A stretch of DNA of 63,192 nucleotides, filler included, from Chiloscyllium plagiosum (GCF_004010195.1; 4 parts of one record of this genome joined end to end with filler, not necessarily neighbours in it), one strand, 5' to 3'. Numbered from the whole stretch's first letter, positions 36,157-51,300 are shown. Made by a program: numbers and translations. Notes: generated by a model from the letters alone, not told the origin.

Positions 36157-36500
36157 AGGCTCCAGTTTTGGACTGGAGTAGACAAAGTTAAGAATCCTGA
36201 TGAAGGGCTTTTGCCTGAAACGTAGATTTTCCTGCTCCTCGGATGCTGCCTGACCTGCTGTGCTTTTCCAGTACCACTCTAATCTAGACTTTGGGTTCCA
36301 GCATCTGCAGTCCTCACTTTTGCAAAGTTAAAAATCACACAACACCAGGTTATAGTCCAACAGGTTTACTTGGAAGTGCAAACTTTAGGAGCATTGCTCC
36401 TTTGTCAGGTAGCTTGTGGGGTAGGATTGTAGTACACAGAGTAGCTACCTGACGAAAGACCAGTGCTCTGAAAGCTTGTACTTCCATATAAGCCTGTTGT
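36157..36500. mobile_element. Nested PLE pLTR pieces: family-1 tail (36192-36322) inserted in a family-2 inverted pair
   Basis: 9-bp duplication CAAAGTTAA at 36183-91 and 36323-31; hammerhead cores at 36197 and ~36447. Confidence 0.7.
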
Positions 36501-37467
36501 GTTATGAGAGTTGCAAACAAGGCATTTTACATGCAACATTTTTTCTGTTTTAATATGTGGCAGCATTAGGAGTATTGTGAATGATGGATTGTGGAAGGTG
36601 AATTTTGCAGTGGTGCCGGATGATATAAAGATTGCATTCAAGGTGGTGGGACATTTGGTGGGAGCTTTTGGAATAATGGGTTTTAGCAGAAAACAGAATG
36701 GGAAACAGTGGAGGCAGTTGCAACACACTGGAGCTGTGGAAGAACTAACACAGACAATGTTAAATCTGAGTAGAGGACAACAAAACTTTCTTCAGAATCA
36801 TTTCTGTAAATCAGGGAAAGTACAAAAGGCTGTTCACCTGGCCTTGTATGTTGCTACATTGACAAGCAGGTAATATTCCCTCAGCAACCCTATTGTATAC
36901 CATTGCAATAACAGTATACAATAACTGATAAATAAAGGTTTGATAATATTGAACATCGATTCTTGAAGAGATCTTCACTAGTTTCCCAATGTTCAATATT
37001 ATCAAATCTTTAATTATCATTTATTTTTTTTTTTATAGTAATGGCATACAATAGCTTTCAAGGGATATTATCTGCTTGTCAATGTAGCAATGTACAAGGT
37101 TAGGTGAATGGTATTGAAGCAATGAGGACAGAGTTGAGGCCACTGGCTTACAGTATGGGAGCTGGACAATACTTATTACATTTTTTATAGTACTGGTAGA
37201 CAATAGCTACTAGGCAGTTTCACGTGGGTGGCTTTCCAATTTTAAAAAGGCATTAATTTCCTTAGAAGTACAGTGCATTAACTAATATCCTAACATATGA
37301 ATTAGGAATTAGTGGGCCATTCAGCCCATCTACTCTGATCCACCATTCTAAAAGATCATGGCTGATCCAGTTGTATCCTCAAATCCACAATCCCACTTAC
37401 CCCAATCACCTTTCATCCACTTGCTTAACAAGAATTTATCTACCTCAACCTAAGAACAAATTCAAGA

Positions 37468-38197
37468 ACTTTAATGGTAAGGTCCTAGGGAGTGTTGCTT
37501 AACAAAGAGATTTTGGAGTGGAGGTTCATAGTTCCTTAAAAGTAGAGTTGCAGATAGATAGGATAGTGAAGAAGGCGTTTGGTATGTTTTCCTTTATTGG
37601 ACAGAGTATTGAGTATAAGAGTTGGGAAGTCATGTTGCGGCTGTACAGAGCATTGGTTAAACCACGTTTGGAATATTTCATGCAATTCTGGTCTCCCTCC
37701 TATCAGAAGGATGTTGTGAAACATAAAAGGGTTCAGAAAAGATTTACAAGGATGTTGCCAGGGTCGGAGGATTTGAGCTACAGGGAGATGCTGAATAGGC
37801 TGGGGCTCTTTTCCTTGGAGCGTTGGATGCTCAGGGGTTTATAAAATCATGAGGGGCATAGATCGGGTGCACAGACAAGGTTTTTTCTCTGGGGAGGAGG
37901 ACTCCAGAGCTAGAGGGCATAAGTTTAGGGTGAAAGGGTAAATATATAAAAGGGACCTAAGGGGCAAAGTTTTCACGAAGAGGGTGGTATGTATTTGGAA
38001 TGAGCTGGCAGAGGAAGCGGTGGAGGCTGGTACAATTATGACATTTAAAAGGTATCTGGATGGGTATATGAATAGGAGGGGTTTAGAAGGACATGGATCA
38101 AGTGCTGGCAGATGGGATCAGGATATTGAGTCGGATTGGAAGAGTTGGACTGAAGGGTTTGTTTCCTTGCTATACACCTTTATGACTATGACTCTAT
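37468..38197 (+). mobile_element. CR1/HER1 LINE 3' fragment
   Basis: ORFs 37518-37844 and 37984-38199 are CR1 ORF2 C-terminus; ATGACTATGACTCTAT tail. Confidence 0.9.
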
Positions 38198-40046
38198 AAT
38201 TCATCTCTATCAGCTTTTCAGTAAACATGAACAATCCTCAGAAAAAAAGTCTCATCTCTTTTAAATGGGCAATGCTTCATTTTTAAACAGTGAACCTTAT
38301 AGTTTGAGACTATCTCAAAAGGAAATATCCTCTCCAAATTCACCCTATCAACACCCTCATGATTTCATATTTTCTGGAGGTCCATACCATTAAACAACGA
38401 GTCAGGTAAGGTGGTAATCTATGAGTCATCTATGAGTCAGGTAAGGTGGTAATTCTCTAGTTCCCATTGACTGTGAAGTGAACCTAATCCACTATTTAAA
38501 TAAATCATTAATACTTCTCTTTTGCTCTTAACTGTGATTATTAATGCAGATCTTTTCAAATGTGTCAATTGCAGTGTTAATTTTTGTTGAGGGTCTATCT
38601 CACATCACATCTCCTCTGTGGAAAGAATCCTTCCAATCTTAATTCTTGCTCGAGGCTTATTGATTTTCCTTAAATCCAATTTAGAATCTCTTGTGACTGC
38701 ACAATCGATTTTAAAAACCTTGAGCCAGTGTCTTCTTACTCCTCTTTTCTCCAATGAGCCCCAACTTATATTCATGAGACCGAACCCTAATTATCAGTAT
38801 CAACCTCTGAAATCTTGTTGAATTCCTTTTGGCGTTTTGGTGAGTCAGGCTCATAATGTACAGACCAATAAATCAGAGGCTATACAGCCACACAGTGTTT
38901 CAGAGGCCTAGTGTGAATGCCACAATCACATCTTTTAGCAAACATGGACAGCAAGTGTTAGTGAGCACCTTGTCTCAGTCCCAGTGGAACTGTATCTTAA
39001 AATGAAACAATGCAACGCTTGTTAATATTTTGCATATATTGCAGGTATTTATATAGTGTCTTTCGTAGCCTTAGACATTGCAAAGCATTTCACAGCTAGT
39101 GAAGGTCTTGCAAAGTGCAATCAATATTGTAATATACATGATTGTACAAGGTTTTTCCAAATCAAACACTTCAGAGAGTGTTCTCACAGCTAGTTTGTGA
39201 GCAAGGCTTTGACAGGATGAAATGTAATTATTTGTTATTCAGCTTCCAGAAATTCAGTTATGTACTATACTAAAGCAAAGCAAATGAACTTGCAAATTTT
39301 CTGCTATAGTTACTTTGAATGGTGTGTGTGTGTGTGTGCGATTGAGAGAGTCAGAGGGGTATGGGTAGGGGTGTGGGGGCGGAGGACAATGTGGGGATGA
39401 CAGGATAGAGGAGAGACGTGCAATGCAATAGCTGGCCCATATCCTGTCATGCAATATGTCCTGGTCACCCTCCCATCCTTGTTTTGCTGACTTCACATTC
39501 TAAATTCTTATCCTCACATTCAAATTTCTCCATCATCTTGTTCCACCCAATCGAACACAACTTCCAAGAACTCTGCATTTCTTCAAATCTGACCTCTGTA
39601 TTTCTCCAAATTCCTTGACACCACTGTCAGTGGTTGTGCCTTCAGCTACCTAAGCCCTTAACTCTGAGGTTCCATCCCTACATTACATAGTTCCTCTCTC
39701 CCTTTTTTTAAGGTGTTTCTTGAAGCTTACTTCTCAGCTGTACTATGCCTCTTTCCACGAATCGGTATAGAATTTGTTGTGTTTCAACAAATTATTAGTC
39801 AACAGATGAATAGGTTGACTAATGATCAAACACCAAAATTGTGATATTATTGTTGATTATCCATTACTGAAGCAGAAAGGTGGAGTCAGTCTTCCACAAA
39901 TGTTCATTTGCATTTCATAATTTAAAAACAATCTCCAGTCTGCTCACTCCTTTTCCTAACCAACTTTCCTTACTTGGGAAAGCCAGCCCTTAAATACGTG
40001 CAGCAGTGAATATCAGCTGCACTCTCTGATCTCTGGAGCATATCTT

Positions 40047-41137
40047 TGGATACAGAACTGGCTCAAAGGTAGAAGACAGAGGGTGGTGGTGGAGAGTTGT
40101 TTTTCAGACTGGAGGCCTGTGACCAGTGGAGTGCCACAAGGATTGGTGCTGGGTCCTCTACTTTTTGTCATTTACATAAATGATTTGGATGCGAGCATAA
40201 GAGGTACAGTTAGTAAGTTTGCAGATGACACCAAAATTGGAGGTGTAGTGGACAGCGAAGACAGTTACTTCAGATTACAACAGGATCTGGACCAGATGGG
40301 CCAATGGGCTGAGAAGTGGCAGATAAAGTTTAATTCAGATAAATGCGAAGTTCTGCATTTTGGCAAAGCAAATCTTAGCAGGACTTATACATTTAATGGT
40401 AAGGTCCTAGGGGGTGTTGCTGAACAGAGACCTTGGTGTGCAGGTTCATAGCTCCTTGAAAGTGGAGTCGCAGGTAGATAGGATAGTGAAGAAGGCATTT
40501 GGTATGCTTTCCTTTATTGGTCAGAGTACTGAGTACAGAAGTTGGGAGGTCTTGCTGCGGCATACAGGACATTGGTTAGGCCACTGTTGGAATATTGCAT
40601 GCAATTCTGGTCTCCTTCCTATTGGAAAAATGTTGTGAAACTTGAAAGATTTCAGAAAAGATTAACAAGGATGTTGCCAGGTTGGAGGATTTGAGCTACA
40701 GGGAGAGGCTGAACAGGCTGGGGCTGTTTTCCCTGAAGCGTTGGAGGCTGAGGGGTGACCTTATAGAGGTTTACAAAATTATGAGAGGCATGTATAGGAT
40801 AAATCGGCAAAGTCTTTTCCCTGGGATCGGGGAGTCCAGAACTAGAGGGCTCATGTTTAGGGGGAGAGGGGAAAGATATAAAAGAGACCTAAGGGGCAAC
40901 TTTATCACGTAGAGGGTGGTACATGTTTGGAATGAGCTGCCAGAGAGGAAGTGGTGGAGGCTGGTACAATTGCAACATTTAAGAGGCATTTGGATGGGTA
41001 TATGAATAGGAAGGATTTGGAGGGATATGGGCCAGGTGCTGGCAGGTGGGACTAGATTGGGTTGTGATATCTGGTTGGCATGGACGGGTTGGACCGAAGG
41101 GTCTGTTTCCATGCTGCACACCTCTATGACTCTATAA
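40047..41137 (+). mobile_element. CR1/HER1 LINE 3' ~1.1 kb
   Basis: [46 protein letters not shown] tail. Confidence 0.93.
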
Positions 41138-42309
41138 CTCAAGGAGTTGAGAGTGTGTTGCTGGAAAAGCACATCAGGTCAGGCAGCATCGGAGGACCAG
41201 GAAAATCAATCAATCTTCAAGGAGCCATGATTCACAACGTTGTCAACCGCTCGAGGTGAATAATGCAAAACTAAATCAATGACCAGAATGATATCGTAAA
41301 TAGTAGTTGCAGGGCAAATCCATTTTGTCAATGAATTACCCTATCAGTTGCTGGTGTATAACTGGCATGGGTTTGCATAATAACATATTTTGGTTATCAT
41401 CTTCTTTTAAATGCTCATTGTTCACTAACATGCAAGTTGCACTTTTCCTCATCTTGAAAATTAGCCTGGGGATAAGGTACATCCTGTAAAATTGATCTTA
41501 TAAATATATAGCCACCCTTAAATTATACAATCTTATAGGATAGAGGAAAGCCCTGCATCCCCTCTAATCTGTACCAATGCCTTTCCTCCAAATAAGCTCA
41601 GTTTAATTCCATTCTCTTGTCTGTCTTTATCTGTTGAGAAACTATTAAAGATTTGATACAAAGTAAACTACTTATGTCAATCTTTGTTCAGCAGTAGAAG
41701 TTCCCTTCCAGTTTTCATTTATTTGCTGGGTCTCTTGACCATAATATGCAGGAAGCTTAGGCTGACTAATGCGTGGTAATAACATTTCAGAGAGCAGGAG
41801 ACAGAAATTGGAGTTGAGATAATAATCTTTCAGGGAAAGATCTCTTACTCAGAAAAGGACATGAGTAGTGAAGGGGTTGAGCTAAGGAGCACAGTGCAGG
41901 AGAAGCCAAAACAATTATGGAATGCAGGGTGACACAGTCTTGTTCCTCGTGACTGAAGGAAAGGAAAATAAGACTGATGATTGATATTTTTCCTACCTGC
42001 TTTCTTCCCTAAATACCTTCACCATGCAGGAAAGGCAGGGAACCCACCATTAGAACTGTTCCCAATTGGCAATCAGGATGCCACCCAAAGTTGCAGTTGA
42101 ATTCTCAGGACACACAAGAAAAAAAAAGAATGAAAAACACTGAGTACAGAAGCACTGAGAAAATGTTGGAGAAAGTCAGCAGATCTGATAGCATCTGTGG
42201 AGAGAGAAATTTAGTAAGTTTGATGCTTCTTCAGAAATGGAGATGTCCAGACACAGTCAGCCTTTGTTCTTCACACATACACGCACACCTTATATTATTC
42301 TTGCAATGA

Positions 42310-42690
42310 GATTCCCCCCTTTCTTCTAAATTTTAGTAAACACAATCCCAGATGATCCAATATGTCCTCATATGACAAACCTGTCATTCCAGGAATCAAT
42401 CTGGCGAACCTTTATTGCATTCCACAACAGCAAGTACACCTTTCCTTAAGAAAGGTGACAAAGACCGTATACAATAAGTGTGGTCTTGACAATGCCCTGT
42501 GTAGCTGCATCAAAACATTCCTGCACCTATACTCCAATGCTCTTGCAATGAAGGGCAACTGACCACCTGCTGTACTACATTATTATTGTCAGTGACTCCT
42601 GTACAGGGTCACCCATGTCACATTGTATATCAACATTTCCCAAACTATTATCATTTAAGTAATACTCTATCATTATATTTTTTTACTGAA
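42310..42690 (-). mobile_element. Old CR1 fragment
   Basis: Decayed CCTGTCATTCCAGGAATCAATCTGGCGAACC..TGTGGTCTTGACAATGCCCTGTGTAGCTGCA, like the minus-strand CR1 at 25910-26050. Confidence 0.6.
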
Positions 42691-43005
42691 ATGGACCCTT
42701 CACTGTGGGCATCAGACCAATAACCAGAAGCACAATATAAAGAGTACAGGAAGAATTCAACAGGCAGCAGGGACTAATTTTCCTCTCAGATTCTTTGGCT
42801 AAAAGCAGGTCTGATTCACAACACCATGATCCTTACCGCATATAGGGAAAATAGACATATCCCAAATCAGACTGGAATGGTAATTGAAACCTGTACTATC
42901 AGCACCTAATTGATCTATATGGACCATCCAGCACTCAAAAGACGTCAGAGTTGTTGTGACAGCATTTACTTTTATAAACACTTTGCAGACTGGAGTTATG
43001 GGTAA

Positions 43006-43632
43006 GGTAACAATAACATGGCTTAAAGATATGTTTTTTGTCTTATTTTTCAAAAATGAAGGAAAGTTAAGATAGAGGTATCAAGCAGTCTACTCAAAGC
43101 CAATAAAGTAAATCGGTTGTTGGTTTGTTTTTAAAGTTGGAGCTATAAAAGCAGTCTGAATGAGTTGCATCACACTCCCACAGAACCAGGATTTTTGGTT
43201 TTAGTTTGTTAGTAGCAGTTGTTGCTGGAGTCTTGAAGCTAGATATGGAAGCAGTTTTTCCTTTCTCTGTTACAGCTAAAGGCTGGGGGTACCTTTCCTG
43301 CTGCTAGAATTTCATGTGAGACAATTTATTTTACAGAATTTGCTTTTACCAAAGGGCCTGTCTATGACCAAGTATTATGTTGGAATAGTTACAGTTTGGT
43401 AGTTCAATAATCTATTGTTCTGTTAAGTTTTCCAATAGAGTTAAGCTATTCCAATTCTTTCTTTCTTTTGTTGTCTTTTAACCACCGTGTAGGAATAAAG
43501 TGTATTTTACTTCAAGACTTGTAGTTTGACCAAAATGCATTCAGAATGCAGTGCCAGGCACTTACCTAAAAAAAAATTTAAAAACACTATATATATATTT
43601 TTTTTTGAAGGAGTTTGGCCTGGTCCATATCA
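43006..43632 (+). repeat. Probable solo LTR related to the Gmr1-like LTR at 59210-59853
   Basis: Ends TTTTGAAGGAGTTTGGCCTGGTCCATATCA versus TTTTGAGGGCAGTCTGGCCTGGTCCTTAACA (reverse complement of the 59210 end); internal TATAAAA and AATAAA. Confidence 0.55.
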
Positions 43633-46600
43633 ATAGCAACAGTTGCGACTCCAGTTTCTTCCCAACACTTGGCCTTCCAGGAATCTCTGCTGCTGTTGCC
43701 AATTGTTATATGGTGTGTCAGAAGGATTTATAAATTGACACAATCTGGTTGGATATACTATTGAACATGCCTTCCTTGGGCACAAGTTCTGCAATGGGAC
43801 CTAAACCCAGTGCTTCTGGCTCAGCGTAAGGGATACTACTCACTCCTCCTCAGATTAGTTAACAGAGCAAGTTCAATGATGAGTTGTGTTGTAAAAAGAT
43901 TTCTAATGGATTTAATCTTAGTGTTACATTGAACTCCACTCATTTTGTTGCTGCCATACATTCTATGGATGGAGACAATGAATGCAACAATGAATGTTTA
44001 TGGGAAGCAGATATTCTGTACAGCCCCTGAGTCCTAGTAATTATTCCTGACATGTAATGCAGTTGTATTTATTGTGATTGATCATGAAATAAATGATCTT
44101 ATTAACTAAGAACACTGTAAAAGGCTGTGGTGATATGTTCCATATCACTGCTCTTTATAAGCAAAGGACAGCGAATTACCACAAACAATACTTCCCTGAA
44201 CACAAACTGGCAGAGGTACAATGACGAGTCAGTGGTGGCATCAATGTAATACTACAAGCTGCATAGGCAAATTTGAAGACTTTTGGGTTCCCGGGATCAA
44301 CCTCTACAGTTCCCTGCTTGACCCAACTTCGTTCCAAAGATACAAGTGAAACATTCAAAAGCACAGGGAAGAGAAATGAGATTGATAATGCAATCATCTT
44401 AATATCAGGTATGAGGAAAGACATGAGAAGATGAGGCTTTTAACCTTGAAAAGCAGTGACTAACAAGTACATTAAATGGTGCAGTTGAAGTGAATAGTAT
44501 TAATTCCAGGCAAGCCAAGACAAAAGATTAATACCTTGTGAAAAACCAGTTTGTGGTCAATGGAAGACTATATTTCTTTAACCAAAAAGTGATTGGCACT
44601 TGTAACAATATTCCACATAAGAGAAGAATCACTTAAGTTGATTCAATATTCTGCAAAAAGAGAACCTGCTGGGAGAGGTTTACTTTTTCAGATTTATGTT
44701 GGTTTTACTTCAGCTTTCCCTGCTTCACAACTTGAATAAATCCCAAATGCACTCATCTCAATTTTTGAGGGTAATTTCATCAGCTCAATTTTGCACTTCC
44801 ATGGCAATTTCAGACAGCTCAGAATAATGGCAACATATTGGGGAGAGGGACACTACATCGTGAAAGAATGGAGTCATGCTAAGAGTGTCACATGCAAGGG
44901 TAAGAACAAATTCAGAAGTTTCTACAGAAGCTTAAAGGACACACCAACCTTTTTCAAGGTTGATGAGGTATCATATTGGGTAATGGAAAACTAAGGTGAA
45001 GTAATGGACAATCTTGAATGCAGGGAAAAGTTCTCTTCAGTAGTTTTGAACTCTCAAATTTGCATGAGGAAATAGACAACAAGCATTCCCTTTTCAATGG
45101 TAATTGAGTGGAATATCCTGCTGACTATTTGAAACTTACTTTGGTACTCATCCAACATGAACTAACTGACAAAATTACTTATTTAAAAGGTATACAATTT
45201 AACACTTTAGACCTTCCCTGTCATTGAAATGTAGATATGATTAACTTTGCATGTTAGAATCAACATAATGGGTTTAGATTGATTTTGTTTTATGGACTAG
45301 ATACTCAGATTTCACCTCCAGTTCTATGGATTCCTTGTATATTATAGTAAAATGGCAGAATGATTCCAGCACACAGAGAGAATGTTTAGCTCATCCTGCT
45401 CATACCAAGTCTCTCCAGAAACAACATAGTTGTTCTCTGTGGTTCTACAAACTCTTTTCATTTCATCAGATGTTTAAATTTGTTTTTAAATTCAGTTTTG
45501 AATACCCAGTAATAGCTGTCTCTGTTCAGGACATGTTTTTCCTGATATCTAGCATCAAGATAATTGATTAAAATTGAAATTGATAATTCATCACTCTTTC
45601 CTGTGCTACTGAATGGACAGAATATTCATGAGTTGAGTCAAGCAGAGAGGTTGATCCTGGTCTTCCAAATGTCTTTGAATTTGACTGTACAGCTTGTGGT
45701 ATTCCCCTGATGCCACCACTGACACATCATGGTCCTGCTGCCAATATGCGTTCAGAGAAGCATTGCTTGAGGTAATTCACTACCACTAACCCTCCTATTT
45801 TGTCTAGGACCTGTCTATCTAGCAAATTGACTGGTCATACATTCCTGATCTTGAAATCTTTGCAACTTAAAAGGCAAAACAGATGTTATATCGCAATTAG
45901 ATTTTCTGTCGATCAACTAAAGTTGACGTCAACTAGCAGGTGAACCATATCAGTGGTGATATAACTGAAATGGTTGGTCACCCAACCAACCATATAGTAA
46001 ACAAAACCCACAGATGTTGCAGCATAATTCAGGAGATGTGTGTCCCATGAGATCCTGAAAGTATCTTGCATGAATGCAGCAATAAAAGTTAATCACACAC
46101 ACAGTAGGGCCACTTTCTGATGCAAATCATTTGTTCAAAATAGTTACATTTATTGCCACCATTACTACACCCCTCCATCACCACCCCTGGATGAATCAGT
46201 GACTGGCATGCTAAAAATGCAAGAAGGGACAAGGATAGCAATGCTGGTAGGGAATGGAGATGTCGGCAGCAGCCAGTAGAATGGCTAGTATATGGGTTGG
46301 GATGTTGGGGGGCTCTGTACTGCTCTGCTGTGACAGTGTGATGTCTGACAACTACTTGTGCCTGTCATATTGGCATTGGCAGCACACACCTGGTTAGGAA
46401 TTGAGGTGGAGTTATGTCCCACTGTGGATTTCTCTTCATTTTCAATATGGTAATCTTGCCACAAAGGCACAATGGCCAGCTCTGAAACTTCTGTGTCCCC
46501 AAGTCTGTGTCATCTTCTACATCCCACAAAGAAAAGCTCCCAAACCACATGAAGATGAAATGCCTGAGCAAGAATTGCTGAGGTATCTTGAAATTTTGGC

Positions 46601-48049
46601 TTTGGAACTCTTTGAAAGCCTCAGTGGAATTCATGCTAATGCAAGTTCTACTAACTCTACACCACTCTGGGATATTCTGAAGTCATGAAAGAGCTACTAG
46701 AATACAAGTCTTCCTCCTGTGAATAAACCTTAATTGCTATCATGGAGGATAAAAGATTTAAAAAGGTATAATCAGTTGTGGGACCCTTTCTCCCTTGAAG
46801 CCAATCTGTGAAAATATTATTCTTCTGAAACAACTCAACTGTTATTTTTAAAACTTTTACATGTTTAAACTTACCAATTGTAAAGTTTTGACTATCACAG
46901 TCAGTTTTTTTTTGTACAATTGGTAATGTCCCAACTATTTTAAATATGTCATAATCTGCTGAAATTTTAACACCAACTAGCAATTATTCATTAAAAATTG
47001 CATAACTTCAGTAGACACCACTGAAGCCAGGATCAATAGGAAAATACTTCCTTACAAGTCAATCATGCATTTCTAGAAATTCATGCTTCTATGGTTTGGT
47101 AACAAATGATTGTCTGAATTATAATCGATTCCATTACTTGATATCCAAACCACAAGATTTGAAGTCTTGTTCATGGATTATGAAATTTGAACTTTGCAGC
47201 TTATACTTTGATTGTTACTTGAGACACAGAAAAAAAAGGAATCTTTCCCTTTATTACTCCAAAATGGCAACTATCTTGGCTGGTTAACGTGTTTGCTTGG
47301 TTGGGAAACAATCCGTCTTTCTTACCCATTGGAAAGGCAGCCAACTGAGGAGTTGAGGTCCTTAAGTGGCCATTTATGCTGTGCACAAGCATAGCAATTT
47401 AAGGTGGCTCAAAATCACCACCCATGGACTTTCTCTTCCAGAAATTATTCGGTGAGGTGGTGAGTGTGTCTCTAGCATCACCTTGCCAATTATTTCCCCC
47501 TTTCCTTCATTGCATCCAAGGAGTGGGACAATTCCAACCTTATTAAAATGAGGTCATCTCTCAGTCATTAAGATTTATTTCAACTCAATTACAAACAAAT
47601 GGACTCACTAAAATTAATACTTGGCACTGCATAATAATACAAAATAATGAACATTGTACACTTTTCCAAATCAGTGAATTACCTTGCTTAATTTAAAAGC
47701 ACCTAATGGTTTTCTTCAGTCTTCTATCATTCCAATAGCTTTCAGTATTTGCTATCCTTTTGTGATTCTCAACTAATGTGCTATATTCTTTCTTGTATAA
47801 TATTCCCAAATATTGACATATTGTTGGAAGTAGGAGGCTTCTGATGTGGTCATTGCATGCTTCAAGATATTTTTCCAGTCACTTACCCAAGAAGAAATGC
47901 TGTTAAAGACTGTAAATGCCACCCAGCCAACCCTATCCATGTAAGCATATGCCAGCCACAGATCCCGCCAATGATCATTACAATTTCACCATTTACTAGG
48001 TACTATTGTTTGCAAGATCCTTGCATTTTTGCCTTCAAGGTTTTTTGTA

Positions 48050-48351
48050 ATATATTTCGATAAGGCAGGCAATTGCAGAAAATACAGAGTCGTGGAATTG
48101 ATAGTGATACAGCAGTTTGGATCAGAAGTTGGTGAGGTGTAAGAAGACAGAGGGTGATGGTTGATGGGAAATACTCATCTTGGAGTTCAGTTACTGGTGG
48201 TGTACCACAAGGATCTGTTTTGGGGCCACTGCTGTTTGTCATTTTTATAAATGACCTGGATGAGGGTGTAGAAGGATGTCACTAAGGTTGGTAGAGTTGT
48301 GGACAGTGCAGAAGAATGTTGTAAGTTACAGACGGACATTGATAAGCTGCA
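48050..48351 (+). mobile_element. CR1 RT fragment
   Basis: GTTACTGGTGGTGTACCACAAGGATCTGTTTTGGGGCCACTGCTGTTTGTCATTTTTATAAATGACCTGGAT encodes [24 protein letters not shown]. Confidence 0.85.
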
Positions 48352-51300
48352 GAGTCATAGAGATGTACAGCACAGAAATCGACCTTTGGATCCAACTCGT
48401 CCATGCCGACCAGATATCCTAATGTAATCTAGTCCCATTTGCCAGTACTTGGCCCATATCCCTCCAAACCCATCCTATTCATATACTGATCAAGATGCCC
48501 TTTAAATGTTGCAAGTGTACCAGCCTCCACCACTTTCTCTGGCAGCTCATTTCATACACACACCACAATCTGTGTGATTGACCATTAGGTCCCTTTTATA
48601 TTTTTCTCCTCTCACCCGAAACCTATGCCCTCAAGTTCTGGACTCCCCACCAACCCAGGAAAAATATTTTGTCTGTTTACCTGAACCATGCCCCTCATGA
48701 TTAAAAAACCTCTATAAAGTCATCCCTCAGCCTCCGACGCTCCAGGGAAAACAGCCACAGCCTGTTCAGCCTCTCACTATAGCTCAAATCCTCCAACCCT
48801 GGCAACATCCTTGTAAACATTTTCTGAATCCTTTCAAGTTTTACAATATCCTTCCGATAGGAAGGAGACCAGAATTGCACACAATATTCTAACAGTGGGA
48901 TAACCAACATCCTGTACAGCTGCAGCATGGCCTCCCAAATCCTAAAATCAGTGCTCTGACCACCAAAGAAAAGAATACCAAATGCCTTCTTCACTATCCT
49001 GTCGACCTGCGATTCTCCTTTCAAGGAACTATGAACCTGCGCTCCAAGGTCTCTTTGATCAGCAACACTTCCTAGGACCTTACTACTAAGTATATAGGTT
49101 CTGTTCTGATTTGCTTTCCCAAAATGCAGCACCTCACATTTATCTAAATTAAACTCTATCTGTCACTCCTCAGCTCATTGGCCCATCTGATCAAGATCAT
49201 GTTGTGATCTGAGGTAACCTTCCTCGCTGTCCACATCATCTCCAATTTTGGTGTCATCTACAAACTTACTCTCTATATCTCCCATGTTCATATCCAAATT
49301 ATTTACATAAATGAAGAAAAGTAGTGGACTCATCACCGACTGGTCACAGGCGTCCAGTCTGAAAAGCAATCCCCTATCACCACCCTGTGTCTTCTACCTT
49401 TGAGCCAGTTTTGTTTCCAAGTGGCTAGTTCTCCCTGTATTCCATGTGATTGAAACTTGCTAACCAGTCTCCCATGGGGAATGTTGTCAAATGCCTGACT
49501 GAAGTCCATATAGATCACGTCCATTGCTCTGCCTTCATCAATCTTCTTTGTTAATTCTTCAAAAACCTCAATCAAGTTAGTGAGACCATGGTTTCCCACA
49601 CACAAAGCCATGTTGACTATCCCTTATTAGTCCTTGCCTTTCCAAATACGTGTAAGCCCTGTACTTCAGAATTCCCTCCAACAACTTGTCCACCACTGAC
49701 ATCAGACTCACTGGTCTATAGTTCCCTAGCTTGCTCTTACCATCTTTCTTAAATCGTGGCACAATTTAGCCAACCTCCAGTCTTCCGGCACCTCACCTGT
49801 GACTATCAATGATACAAAATATCTCACCAAGGGGGTCAGTAATCACTTCCCTAGCTTCCCACAGAATTCTAGGATATACCTGATCAGGTCCTGGGGATTT
49901 ATTTACCTTTATGCATTTTAAGACATCCAGCACTTTCTCCTCTGTAATATGGGCATTTTTCAAGATGTCACCATCTCCTTCCCTACATTCTATATCTTCC
50001 ATGTCCTTCTCCACAGTAAACACTAATGTAAAGTATTCATTTAGTATCTCCCCCATCTCCTGCGGCTCCACACAATGGCTGCATTGCTGATATTTGAGGG
50101 GCCCTGTTCTCTCCCTTTTGACCTTAATGTATTTTTTTCAAAACCCTTAAGATTCTCCTTAAATCTATTTGCCAAAGCTAACTCATGTACCCTTTTTGCC
50201 CCCCTGATTTCCCTCTTAAGTATAGTCCTACTGTCTTTATGCTCTAAGGATTCACCCGATCTCTCCTGTCTACAGCTGAGATGTGCTTCCTATTTTCTCA
50301 ACAAAACCTTCCATTTCTCTAGTCATCCAACATTCTCTACATCTACCAGCCTTTCCTTTCACTCTAACATATACTGTCTCTGGAATCTTGTTATCGTATT
50401 CCTGAAGGCTTCCCGTGTTCCAGCTTTCCCTTCATCTACGAACATCTACCCCCAAACAGCTTTTGAAAGTTCTTGCATAATACCGTCAAAATTAGCCTTC
50501 CTCCAGTTTATAACTTCATTTTTTATATCCAGTCTATTCTTCTCCATCACTATTTTAAAACAAATAGAATTATGGTCGCTGGCCTCAAAGTGCTCTCCCA
50601 CTGACACCTCAGTCACCTGCCGTGCCTTGTTTCCCAAGAGTAAGTCAAGTCTTGCACCTTCTCTAGAAGGTACATCCACATTGTGAATCAGAAAATTTTC
50701 TTGTACCCTCTTAACAAATTCCCCTCCATCTAAACCCTTAACACTATGGCAGCCCCAGTCCATGTTTGGAAAGTTAAAATTCTCTATCATAATCACCCTA
50801 ATATTCTTACAGATAACCAAGATCTCCTTACAAATTTGTTTCTGAACTCCCCGCTGACTATTATGTGGTCTATAATATAATTCCAATAAATTGATCATTC
50901 CCTTTCTTATTTCTCAGTTCAACCCAAATAACTTCCCTGGATGTATTTCCAGGAATATCCTTCATAAGTACAGCTGTAATGCTACCCCTTATTTAAAAAG
51001 TCACTCTTCCCACCTCTCTTGCTGTCCTTCCTGTAGCATTTGTATTGTGGAACATTAAGCTACCAGTCCTGTACATCCCTGAGCCACATTTTTGTAATTG
51101 CTACGATATCTCTGTCCCATGTTCCTAACCATGCCCTGAGTTCATCAGCCTTCTCTGTTAGGCCTCTTGCATTGAAGTAAATGCAGTTTAATTTATCAGT
51201 CCTACCTTGTTCTCTACTTTGACCCGACCTGCCCTGACAGTTTGATTCACGTCTTTTTTCAACTGTACCAGTCTCAGATTGAACTATTTCCTCACTATCT

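Noticed and set aside
46365..46983. Cluster of 90-108 aa ORFs as a possible host exon
   Set aside because: No recognisable domain, no consistent frame and no convincing splice-site pair.
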